DNA of 64,000 bases from contig NC_043013.1 in NCBI RefSeq assembly GCF_006345805.1, positions 23,808,001-23,872,000 of the forward strand. Direction: 5' to 3'. Origin of the DNA: Octopus sinensis. Its lineage: Eukaryota. The notes beneath the pieces were generated by a model. The model did no database searches. It saw only the letters and a list, made by a program, of their open reading frames with translations, and was not told the origin of the DNA. Shown in pieces: positions 12,345-23,936 of this stretch (within the stretch, counting starts at the first letter, position 1; every line of letters begins with the position of its first letter). The translations under genes were made by a program, and so were the position numbers.

Positions 12345-13400
12345 AATTACAGATAAAGGTGTCAATTATAACATCCATTGGAAGATTTTGGCCAAATGTA
12401 AGCCCTACACCAACAGCAGCAGAAAGTGCGGTCTATTCGACATGGAGAGATGGCTTATCTGGAAAAGCAGCTTAGACCCTACTACATGTCTAAACTCAAG
12501 GACAGAACTTTTCGGGTCATGCCCATATGTGATAAAATTTTTGTTACGTTTTTGGTCCCCTCAAGAAAACAGATAGAACTTGCTTTCTATATTATGTCCC
12601 AAAATGTTTTTTATCTCATTATACCTTTTATTATTTCATATATTTTTATATTTTCACACATAATTTTTTCTGTACTCTTCCATCCTGTTTTTTTTCCTGT
12701 GCCTATATAGACGTGTATATAGATTCATTTGTACACGTGTGTGAATATGTATGTGTGGGCAGTTTTTTTGATGTGTGCGTGTGTGTGGGCATAAGAATAC
12801 ATATATATATAGACGTTTTTACTTAGTATTTCTACATTTTTTTAGGTTTTTTGGGGGGCATATGTATATTTCTTTTTTTTTGTGTATGCGTATATAAACA
12901 TGTGCGGGTATGTACATATATGGGCGTGTGTGTGTATGAGTGCATAAGGGCATGTCTGTATATGAACGTGGTTTTTACGCTTTGAATACTTCCTTATGTT
13001 TTTTTCTGTATTGTTACCTTTAACCATGTTTTTTCTTGTGCTTGTGCGTATATAGACGTATGTATGAACTTTTATGGTACGCGTGTGTGTGTATGAGTTT
13101 GTGTATATATGCGTATACATTTGGCGAAAAATGTGAGTGAAGATGCGTACGTTTTCATAGTGACGTATAAGTACGCACGTGGGTCCGCGAGCGCACATGT
13201 GAGCGTATGAGTAGCCATGTTTACGTGTTTACTATGAACTTTTAATCTTAATTTATGTAAGTAGCGGAATTATAACACAGTAATTTCCCTTTATATAACG
13301 GTATTTTTTCATAGCGTTTTTCAGATGGCCAGATAACCGAAGAGATGGTGTTGTGGATTTCCACTTCGGCATCCGAAAGTCAGAGTTTTATCTTGACTAT
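12345..13400 (+). mobile_element. 3' fragment of a Penelope-like retroelement: GIY-YIG C-terminus, TG-rich UTR, pLTR with hammerhead motif
   Basis: ORF 12289-12576 contains YNIHWKILAKCKPYTNSSRKCGLFDMERWLIWK...LNSRTELFGSCPY, resembling the PLE endonuclease C-terminus. Hammerhead topology at 13331-13393. Confidence 0.75.
13331..13393 (+). ncRNA. Type I hammerhead ribozyme motif, U4C core variant
   Basis: AGATAA-CCGAAGA-[GATG...GTGGA-TT-TCCAC...CATC]-CGAAA-GTCAGAG-TT-TTATCT. Stem I is 6 bp (AGATAA/TTATCT), stem II is extended, and stem III has one mismatch. Activity untested. Confidence 0.65.
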
Positions 13401-13418
13401 TGTATTATTGTAACATAT

Positions 13419-13467
<49 letters not shown>

Positions 13468-13476
13468 ATTTGTATG

Positions 13477-13509
<33 letters not shown>

Positions 13510-13841
13510 CCATGTTTGTCTTCCACCACTGCTTGACAACCAGTGTGTCTACATCCCCATAACTTAGTGGATCAGCAAAAGAGACTGATAGAATAAGTAT
13601 CAGGCTTTAAGAAATAAGTCTTGGGGTTGACTTGTTCAACTAAAACCATTCCAAGTGTGCTACCTCAGCATGGTCGCAATCAGATGATCGAAACATGTAA
13701 AATGTATTTATACACGCATGCACACTTGTACATCACGACTCATTACACTGTTTTCAGTTTCCTGACTTTTATACATAATTCTGTGGACTGTACATGCACC
13801 TTTGATGAGTTGTAGTGCACCTGAGCGCTATACGCAATAAT

Positions 13842-13873
<32 letters not shown>

Positions 13874-14049
13874 TATTATTATTATTATATACATACATAT
13901 ATAAACATATATTCATATACGTTTATATATTATATATAAACATGCATACACACATACATGCAAACATACATACATACATACATACTCACACACAAACACA
14001 CACATACATGCATACACACATACATACATACATACATACATACATACAT

Positions 14050-14600
14050 GGTGGCTGCCCCCTCATTATCGAGTATGGCCATTGCACGAAGCTTAATCAA
14101 TGTTGTTATCGTGCAATGCTTTTACAAGAAGATTTTTTTTTTAAGTGAGGAAAGGCTGTGCACTGAGTCAATCCCACTCACTAAGCAACAGCAGCCATAA
14201 TCCGGAAAGAAGAATAAGTCAACATCATTGGTAACCACTGAGCCGCAGGTTTTATGTCGGAGTTATCCCAGTTACCTGAGTTATCTTCTCCTAGAAGGAT
14301 GCCCTAACAAAGGCTGGGAGTCCTTCACTCCCAATGGTTTAACCACGTGATTGGGTATTCAGTTCGATTATTTCTATGTCCCCGCACATGATACATCCTT
14401 AAGACATTTATTGGATGGCTGTTGACTCTCAAGAGTTCCTCCACTCTTTGACGGGTTTTGTTTTTCATCCCGCAGGGTGTCCAATAAACACCCTCCTCAC
14501 CAAGCAAGCTAGGTGGGGTTGCCGGTTTAGTCGCCGACGACCCGACCATGCAACAGGTTGTACTGGTTTACATGTTACCAGTAGCACTCGAAAGTGACCT
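14050..14600 (-). mobile_element. Interspersed repeat, possibly the 5' UTR of an RTE LINE
   Basis: GC-richer segment ...GGCAACCCCACCTAGCTTG...GGTGAGGAGGGTGTTTATTGGACACC... resembles RTE 5' UTRs from recollection only. Confidence 0.35.
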
Positions 14601-16986
14601 GACATAAACATACATACATACATAATGATACATAATTTACATTTCCCTTCATAAACTTGCCAGTTGCAAGGTCTTAGATATGAAGAAATATCTGCTCACA
14701 ATTCCCATTTCTTGATCAACCTCATCTGAAGAAGTGGTGCTGTATTTCTGTTTTCCATTGCTGAAGAGAGATTCTACAACCCTAACTCTAACTCTATCAA
14801 TCCTTTACCTCAAACTATTCAGGGATGCCACTTATTGTGTTGTAACCCCCTTTGGTCATGAATGACCATGGGATTGCACCTAGAAAGTTACCCTCCGAAG
14901 CACAAGTCAGGGCAAGGTTGTTTTATGGAAGATCAGCAGTCACCCATGCATACCAGCCCCCCTTCTCCATGCCACCAATGTTATCCAAGGGAAAGGCAAA
15001 GGCCAATACAGCTTGGCACCAGTGACGTTGCAGCTCATTTATTAATGTGCAAGTGGCCGAGCATTTCACAGACACGTCTACCCTTAACGTAGTTCTCGGG
15101 GAGAGTCAGCATGACACAGAGTGTGACAAGGCTGGCCCTTTGAAATACAGGTACAACATAAACAGGAAGAAAGAGTGAGAGAAAGTTATGGCGATAGAGT
15201 ACAGCAGGGTTCACCGCCACCCCCTGCCGGAGCCTTGTGGAGCCTTAGGTATTTTTGCTCAATAAACACTCACAATGCCCGGTATTGGAATCGAAACTGC
15301 AATCCTGCGACCACGAGTCTGCTGCCCTAACCAATGGGCCATTGTGCCTCCACGATGCCACTTATACAGACTGAATTATCAACATGCAGCAATAAAGCTT
15401 CAATTTCTTTTCATAGAAACTGTTGAAATATAAATAATTCTGCTATTGGTTATATTACAATAATGTTGCTGAAACATGAAGTTCTTAAAGAACTTGTGGA
15501 AGCCTGCAATTCTGTGGCTGTCGTCCCATAAAACGGCAGCATTTGAAGCATCAAGAATTATTAACAGAGGCACCACATAAAAAGCATCCATTACACATTG
15601 TAGACTGGTTGACATTAAGAAGGACACCAAGTCATAGAAACCATGCCAAAGATGGCGTTGATGCCTGATGCAGCCCTGCAGCTCACTGGTTCCTTATCAA
15701 ACCATCCAACCCAGCCCAGTCTGGAAAGCAGATGTTAAATGCTGATGATGATGAGGATGACTTTAGACTAACATCAACTACAATTCTGTGTTCAATACAA
15801 AAGCAAGTAATTATTTAATCATTGATTACATATATAAGCACAAGCATGGCTGTGTGGTAGGAAGATTGTTTCACTTGGTTCTGGGTTCAAGCCCACTATG
15901 TGGTGCCTTGGGCAAGTGTCTTCTACTCTAGCTTCAGGCCAACCATGAGGAGTTTTGATAAACAAAAACTGAAAGAAACCTGCCATGTGCTTTTGTGTCT
16001 GTGTTTGTCCTCCACCTCAGTTTGATAACCAGTGTTGGTTTGTTTACATCTCCGTAACTTAGCAGACTGAAAGAACAAGTGCTAGGCTTAGAAACAACAA
16101 CAAGTCCTGGGATCGATTTGTTTAATCAAAATTCTTCAAGGTGGTGTCCCAGCATGGCCACAGACTAATGAATGAAACAAGTAAAAGATAAAGCTTTTTC
16201 TATTATTATTATTTCCTTTGTAGCAATGTAGCTTTCTTTTAATGCTGCAAACAGCTTACAGAACTTATAAGCCAAGGTTTAAACTACTCCAATTATCCTA
16301 GTGGCTTATGCTTAGCTGCTTAGTCCCGAGTACAATATCCATAATAAGCTATGCACCAAGGTTAAAGTTCATATCGAGAGAATAACTTGTCTTTCACAAA
16401 ATAATGTCGTCTCTTATTGTTATCACTAAACAATATTTTAGAGTTTCAATACTAAGAATTGCTATTGAATTAAATTTAAATTGAATGCCTCAACAACACA
16501 ACTTTGTCCTTAACTTTACTCATCATCATCATCATCATCATCATTAACGTCTGTTTTCCATGCTAGCATGGGTAGGATGGTACCACAAGAGCTGGCCAGG
16601 CTGAAGCCTGCACCAGACTTCTGTGACGATTTTGGCAGGATTTTTACAGCTTGATGCCCTTCCTAACACCAATCACTCAGCAGAGTAGACTGAGTGCTTT
16701 TTACGTGGCACCAGCACTGAATTTGGTAAATTACTCATTTGTATCCTGGACTGATTTGTGACACTTCCAGATCATTATTAATTAATAGATGTTAATTACA
16801 TTAGGACAAAATGGAAAATTTTAAATTACAGGCATGGGTGTGTGGTAAGAAGTTTGCTTCCCAACCACATGGTTCTGGGTTCAGTCCCACTGCTTGGCAC
16901 TTGGGGCAAGTGTCTTCTGCCATAGCCTCAGGTCAACCGAAGCCTTGTGTGTGGATTTGGTAGACAGAAACTGAAAGAAGCCCATC

Positions 16987-17037
<51 letters not shown>

Positions 17038-17164
17038 CAGGAAACTTTATGAAAATAGACAAAAGACGAAGGCAGGTTTACGGAAATAAACAAAAGACGA
17101 AGGCAGGTGGAATACAAACAAACAATTGTATTAGTATGGCGCTCAGGAAATATAAATAAAACAA

Positions 17165-17203
17165 GTCTTTAACGTTTCGAGCCTACGCTCTTCAACAGAA
17201 AGG
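17165..17203 (-). ncRNA. Minimal hammerhead motif (CUGUUGA core) in a Penelope-type pLTR
   Basis: Reverse complement reads CTTT-CTGTTGA-A-GAGC-GTAG-GCTC-GAAA-CGTT-AAAG. The same family with matching flanks is at 51141-51270. Confidence 0.65.
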
Positions 17204-17505
17204 TACACAGAGAAAAAAAACACAGAAAGAAGGAGAGAAAAAAAAGAGAGAAAAAAAATATATATATATATATAGAGAGAGAGAGATATACAAAGTATTC
17301 TATAATTATAAGTATATAATTATAGAATATTTTGTATAATTCACCTAAAAAGGTTTTTTTCAATGTACTGTCTACTTGGTAAATTTATTAATTATTAATT
17401 AATTGGTTAATTAATTTATTTTACCCTATATTATTATTAAAATTATATATATATATGTGTGTGTGTGTGTATATATGTGTATATATATATGTGTATATAT
17501 ATATG

Positions 17506-17537
<32 letters not shown>

Positions 17538-17538
17538 A

Positions 17539-17590
<52 letters not shown>

Positions 17591-17591
17591 G

Positions 17592-17899
17592 TGGAGGCGC
17601 AATGGCCCAGTGGCTAGGGCAGCAGATTCGCGGTCGTAGGATCGCGGTTTCGATTCCCAGACCAGACGTTGCAAGTGCCTATTGAGCAAAAACACCTAAA
17701 GCTCCACAAGGCTCTGGCAGGGGGTGGTGGCGATCACTGCTGTACTTTTTCACCACAACTTTCTCTCAATCTTTCTTCTGTTGGCCTGCTTGCTTAGCCA
17801 GCGGGGTGGCGTCATTTGAAGGCTAAAACAATGCGCAGCACATTGTGACCAGCGATGTGTAGCAACATCTGATAGCCTGGTCGGTCACGGTCATCACGG

Positions 17900-17961
<62 letters not shown>

Positions 17962-18306
17962 AGGTGCAATGGCCCAGTGGTTAGGGCAGCGGTTTCGATT
18001 CCCAGACTGGGTGTTGTGAGTGTTTATTGAGCGAAAACACCTAAAGCTCCACGGGATGGTGGTGATCACTGCTGTACTCTTTCACCACAACTTTCTCTCA
18101 CTCTTACTTCTTGTTTCTGTTGTACCTGTATTTCAAAGGGCCGGCCTTGTCACACTCTGTGTCATGCTGAATATCCGCGAGAACTGCGTTAAGGGTACAC
18201 GTGTCTGTGGAGTGCTCAGCCACTTACACGTTAATTTCACGAGCAGGCTGTTCCGTTGATCGGATCAACCGGAACCCTCGTTGTCATAACCGATGGAGTG
18301 CTTCCA
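17592..18306 (+). mobile_element. Two tandem copies of tRNA-derived SINE family S3; third copy at 14845-15352 (-)
   Basis: Head GGAGGCGCAATGGCCCAGTGG...GGTTTCGATTCCC (A and B boxes), shared body, different 3' ends. Confidence 0.85.
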
Positions 18307-19594
18307 TATATATATATATACATGTACATATGGATATATGTATATATGTGGGGTGTGTGTGTCTTTGTGTCTGTGTTTGACTTCATTAATTAATGCTTTA
18401 CAAGTGTAGTAGTAAAAGATTTGTGCATATAAAGGCCTGAGATTTTGGTGGGAGGGACATAGTTGATTTCAGCAACCCCAGGACTCAACTGGTAGTTATT
18501 TTATTGACCCCAAAAGGATGAAGAGTAAAGTCAACCTTGGTGGAATTTGAACTCAGAATATAAAGGCAGCTGAAATGCTTTTAAGCATTTTGCCAGGCTT
18601 GCTAAAGATTCTGTCAGCTTGCTATCTTAAGCACCAATATTTATATGCCAACACAAGCATCTTCATAGGTAATCAGGGATTGTGAACAGGAATTAAAAAG
18701 TTCAGAAACAAAGATTTTGATCAATCGACCGAAAGCCTCCAGAGACAGGAGGCAGAGTTGAGTGGCTTTTGATTTTAGACATGAAATTTTTTTCATTGCT
18801 TTTAGAATTTCCATCATGCCATCTTACCACCAGTACCACCCCACCCCCGCACACACACACACAAAAGGTTTGATCCGGAGGTTTGGCAAGAGAGATAGAG
18901 GGGGTGCAGAAACAATCAGGTGTTGTTGGATGTTATTTGCAATCTTCCAGCACGATAAACAACATAGAAATTCAGTACATGGGCCTACTTCAGCAGGCTT
19001 AGTTGAGAGCAGTACTGCTAATAACTATGAGCATGGTGGTAGATTTGGAATAGAAAGATTGATGTGAAATACCAGATTGGCCAGAAAGCCCAGCGGCAGT
19101 GACAGAAACAGCTCAAGAAGACTACAAAAGTCAACACTCAACAGAAAACAAGTCTAAAACATATGGGTTGATATTGAACCTTCCCATCAGATATTCCAAC
19201 CAAAGAAGACGAAGCTGAAAGTGCATTGGTCACACTCTAGAGATTTTTCTAATCCCCGCCCCAACTGGCTCCTGTGCCACTAGCACATAAAAAGTACCAT
19301 CCAAATGTGGCCGATGCTAGTGCTGCCTGACTGGCTCCCATGCCAGTGGCACATAAAAAGCACCCACTACACTCTTGGAGTGGTTGGAATTAGAAAGAGC
19401 ATCCAGCTGTAGAAACATTGCAAGATCAGATTGGAACCTGGTGCAGCCTTCTGGCTTGCTAGCCCTCAGTCAAACCGTCCAACCCATGCCAGCATGGAAA
19501 ATGGACGTTAAATGATGATGATGATGTCTACCTGACAAAAATTTCCAATGTCAGTTTTCAAACGAAAAGCATCAAATAATAAAAGCAAGAGAAG

Positions 19595-20290
19595 CAAAAA
19601 ATGACAATGTTTTGGATACAGTCTGAAAAAAATAATTCTTGCAACGTCTACCTTGTAGGCTTTTCTCTCATACATTGAGCTCAACAGCAAAAGCCACATC
19701 AGATTGTGGCATCAAATGAAGCCTGAAGTACAGAAGAGAAATAGAGAAACCTCTTTGACAACTTAGCTGGACATAAAAACTGTACAACACCCAAAAGAGT
19801 TCTCCAGAATGGCAGAGAAGGGTAGAAAGTGATATTGTGATTGATGTGCTGATATGAATGAGGCTAAGAAATAATAAATAAGCTTATGGAGATAATTATG
19901 TAACAATTTTTCTTGAGAAAAGAAGACTTATTTTCCGTGGCTTATTCCACTGAATTATTTCCAGTGATCATATTCTTAAAGGGAACTTCTTGGAGATTAT
20001 AGAGCTTCTGGCACTCTATGATCAAGTTCCAGTTGAATATATGGCAAACATTAAAGAGAAAGGTGAAAGTTGATAAGCCAGAGCCATGGCAAATTGAGTT
20101 CGTTAGTAAGTTTATAGATTTATGTTCAGAATCACATTTAGGATGAAACCAAAAACCACAAATATTATTCAATGATGACTGATGCAACACAACATCGTAC
20201 CCTATGTGGTATAGACACTGTTTATCACTTGGTCAAAGGTGATTTCTGAATTTGCAGTCCAAGAATGATTTTTAACCATTATTGACTATT
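19595..20290 (+). mobile_element. Decayed hAT transposase fragment (TTF zinc finger / DUF4371-like region)
   Basis: Across frameshifts the plus strand gives FWIQS...CRLFS, RLIFRG, SDHILKGNFLEIIELLALYD and KYYSMMTDAT, motifs typical of hAT/ZMYM1-like transposases. Confidence 0.7.
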
Positions 20291-20460
20291 GCAAAAACAC
20301 AGCAGATGAATTCACAAGACTCATAATAAAGGCATTCAAGCATCTGTCAATCAAACGGGAATTTATTCTCAATGTAACTGTCTTAAATTACATGGAGAAG
20401 ATTCTGTATCAAACTGCATGGAGATGGTTACAGTTTTGGGAGTAATGCAAACAGTTAGAG

Positions 20461-20691
20461 CACTATTTCCTAACCTATTTTCCCCCCAAGTGCCAATATA
20501 ACTTTCCAGAAAAATGTATGCCCCATTGGTGGTTGAAAAAAAAAAGTATCTGTGTAGAATGTTTGCTGTGAAAAAAGATTGCCACAATTCCATGTCCCAC
20601 TAAAAAAAAAAAAAAATTTGGATTTCATACCCCACTACAATTTTCCCCAGGCCCCACTGGTGGGGTGTATGCTCCACATTGGGAATCACTG
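20461..20691. mobile_element. Degenerate hAT-type MITE
   Basis: CACTATTTCCTAAC...TTGGGAATCACTG ends; TSD AGTTAGAG/GTTTAGAG (6/8). Confidence 0.5.
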
Positions 20692-20929
20692 GTTTAGAGT
20701 TTCTTTTCTTCAAACATGTATGTTTGTAGAGTTGGGGTAGCAGTACAGACCATATGTGTGACCCTAGAATTGATATCCATATGAAGTTTTATAAGTCACT
20801 AACATTCCTGAAAAGACATTCATTTAAAATATCTCAGAGGTATTCCCTCCTTGTATTTATCTCTGAGAAAATTTAAATTAAAGCTTCAATGAGTGTAAAA
20901 GCAATTGAAAATAAACCAAAATCTACTCA

Positions 20930-21535
20930 CCATACTTCTTGGTCCATCATCTTTGCCTCAAGGCTCTGGATACATTTCAAGCCAGTGTCTACAACCAAGT
21001 TGTTGATGTAAATGTGACATTTTCCTCTTCTTGCATTACCATGAAGTGAATTCCTCAAGACTAATTTGGATGCTTCCAGCTCAGAGTAGCACGTGCACTG
21101 ACCAGATAGTTGCAGCTGGTTTTTGCTTGAGCTTCTCACTAACTTTCAGCAAGTCTCCATAAAGGCATTCGCTTGTCGTATGTTGCATCCATTTTACATT
21201 TAGGGCCATCATAGCATCCCTCTGTAGCAGCCATCAAATTCATTTGATAATTTCTTTGTCACTATCCATATTTCACTGCCATATAACAGCACTGATGATT
21301 CGACAGTTGCAATGAGCAGCTTGATTTTGATTTGCCAGTCCCCAGTCAAACAATCTAACCCATGCCAGCATGGAAAACAGACGTTAAACAATGATGATGA
21401 TGGTGGTGGTGGTGGTGGTGGTGGTGATGATGATGATGATGATGGGCAATTTGGAGTTCCAGACCTTCTTTAGTTTGTAACAGGCTGTCTATAATTGTAC
21501 TTGTCTGATTTTGATGTCTGCTTCAACAGTTTATT
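20930..21535 (-). mobile_element. Old LINE RT C-terminal remnant (RTE-like), split by an RTE-tail insertion at ~21345-21445
   Basis: ADIKIRQVQL*TACYKLKKVWNSKLP / insertion / QIKIKLLIATVESSVLLYGSEIW...FDGCYRGML. Confidence 0.8.
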
Positions 21536-21722
21536 CCATACAAATGTTCGAGTTAAAGAAAATATTTTTCCTTTCTGTGAATATGCTGAGTAAGGATTTA
21601 ATAAATGATAGGATTATCACTCAAAATTGGAACCATTAATTTAACCCGTGGCACTAATAAGCTTGACAAATCTTCTAAAACACCAATCTACTAAGAGAAA
21701 TAGCGTCTGAATTGTATTCTGG

Positions 21723-22844
21723 TGTTATGGTTCGGCTAGTACAGTATTTCTTGACCTACTTTGTTGAGAGTGTAGACGGAAAGCCTGGAATAAAAAGTTA
21801 CAGCCCTTTGTTTACTGGAAGAGTAATGGCTTTTGGAGGGACTTTTGGCCTTGTGCCTGTCGATTAGGGGTCAGAGAGATGTGAGGGCCGAGGAAGATAG
21901 AGTAAGGAAGAATCTAGTGACAGTGAAGATAGAGAGAATATTAGCAGTGGAAAGACAGAGTAAGGGATCTGAGAGCTGTCATGAGGGAATGACAGCAGCA
22001 GCACCGATAGAGATAGGGACATAGGACCAGGCAGGATAGAGAGAGGATAAGTGCTAAGAGACAGATTGAGGGTAGTGATAGAGGGACAGTCGGATTTTGG
22101 TCGTCAAAGCGAGCAGTTGGAATTTTAGGAGCGAGGATTTGGGAATTCGGGGCAAGAGTTTGGCAAGTTGGAGCTTGCAGTACTGAGAGAGAGGAACTAC
22201 AATATGGGACACTGGCTATTCTAATTAGGAATTAAGGTACGTGAATTGTGTATTGATATGTGAAGAAAAAGAAGGACAAGGAATTGATGTATTGAACAGT
22301 GAAAAGAAATGAGACAGTGAAAAGAACAATGTGAATTGTGTAAAGACATTGTGTACAGTGTTGTGATTTGAACATTGTATAATGAACATTGAACTGTTAG
22401 GCCTGTAATGTCCTTTGAACTGTATATGACTTGTTGATGTGTTTTGAAATAGAACTTTGTCTTCGGACGTGTACCTTTGAAATGCTGATGTATTGACCTT
22501 GATATGTTGTTACCGGACGGTTATATTGTTACTTGCATGTTTAAATGCTTTGATCTATGGTATACCTGTATGATGTATTGAGTTGTCACGTGCATGTCCT
22601 CTTTTAAATGTATCTGAAATGTATTTGATGTTGTAACAATTGATTGTCATATAAAGTAGTTGTTAAATGTAAGCCAGTTGTGCCTTGCCTCTTTGTGTCG
22701 CTCTCGGTTGCCTCTGTATCTCTTTGTGCTGCTGTTGTTGTATCTCTCTCTCCTCTCCGCCTGTTTCTGTAGCTTATTCGCTGCATCGAACGGGCCTGTC
22801 TGAGGGATTCCGTAACAGTTCGAATCGGAGGTCCCCTCGTAACA
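21723..22844 (+). mobile_element. Solo LTR (~1.12 kb), probably Gypsy-type
   Basis: Begins TGTTATGG and ends TCGTAACA (terminal inverted repeat, TG...CA). 4-bp TSD CTGG at 21719-21722 and 22845-22848. ATAAA signal near 22590 followed by a TG/CT-rich U5-like segment. No internal retroelement ORF. Confidence 0.75.
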
Positions 22845-22998
22845 CTGGCTACAAATTTAATGCTTCAGACATTAATAAACTAGCATTTTTTATGGATTAA
22901 CCAAAGGAAGAAGCGCAGCTTATGGACCCCTGGCACTTGTGGACAGGGAAGGAAGAAACCATGATTCATGCAAAAAAGAGTATAGTTATCCTAGAACT

Positions 22999-23030
<32 letters not shown>

Positions 23031-23070
23031 TGGGCAGAGAAGGATTAACTTCTGTATTTGATAAATACTT

Positions 23071-23936
23071 TACAAGGGGGTACTCAAAAGAAACTGGAAT
23101 TTTGCAATATTATCTTATTCATTTAGTTTTACATGTTTACACTTTTATTGCCTTCAAAGTATTCTCCATTTGAAGCAATGCATTGGTCCAGAGAAGTGAT
23201 ACCTTTTAAAAACTTTGTCATTTTGTTTTCTTCATCTCTTCCACATCTATAAATTCCATAGTACTAGCTTTTGTCACCAGTGATGACTTTTAAAAAAAGG
23301 GTTTGGATCAACTTCTGTTCTTTCAGTTCATAACATACATTCAATCATGACCGTTTTTGATCTTTTGTGAGTAAGCGAGGCACAAATTTTGCTGCAACTC
23401 TTTTCATTCACAATTCCTCACTCAAAATTCATTGGCAGGAGCTCCAGGACACACCCAGTCACATCAACAAGTTCATCAATTGTTCAGCAATGGCCCTCCA
23501 ACATCAGTTCACAAATTTTTGTGATGTTTTCATTCATTTGATAGGTCAATGGTTTCCCATAACAAGGTTGGTCTTCAAGCAACAAGTGACCATTCCTAAA
23601 GCATGAAAACCATTTATAAACTTGTCTTTTACTCATGGCAGCATTCTTATAAGCTGTTTGAAGCATGACAACTATTTTGGCCGCTGTTTTCCTCAGCAGT
23701 AAAAAGAATTTCACAGAAGCATGCTATTTCTTCGTTTCTGCCAAAATTGACAAACAAGGGAGAAGCACTGCAAAACAAAAACACACCACATGGCAGTTTG
23801 ACCTCACTAGATCAATGCTAGTCAGTGGACTAATGCCTGAGGGTTGCATCAAGTGGCTTCTAGCAGTGGAAGCCTGAACTACAATGTGCTTGTCCCACGG
23901 AGAACATTTCCAGTTACTTTTGGGTACCTCCTCGTA
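23071..23936 (-). mobile_element. Mariner DNA transposon, internally deleted
   Basis: TIRs TACAAGGGGGTACTCAAAAGAAACTGGAA and TACGAGGAGGTACCCAAAAGTAACTGGAA with terminal TA. Minus strand encodes the N-terminal HTH (KTAAKIVVMLQTAYKNAAMSKRQVYKWF), KRVAAKFVPRLLT, VITGD and the C-terminus LDQCIASNGEYFEG. Most of the DD34D domain is deleted. Confidence 0.9.

Noticed and set aside
17592-17660. tRNA-like sequences with A and B boxes (also 25861, 44183, 60468)
   Set aside because: No complete cloverleaf, and they continue into dispersed SINE bodies.
18762-19067. 101-aa ORF
   Set aside because: It overlaps a decayed LINE C-terminus and a CA repeat, with no independent coding signal.
19650-19730. Minus-strand exon-like segment LHLMPQSDVAFAVELN with plausible splice sites
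   Set aside because: It lies within the plus-strand hAT transposase remnant, which explains the sequence.
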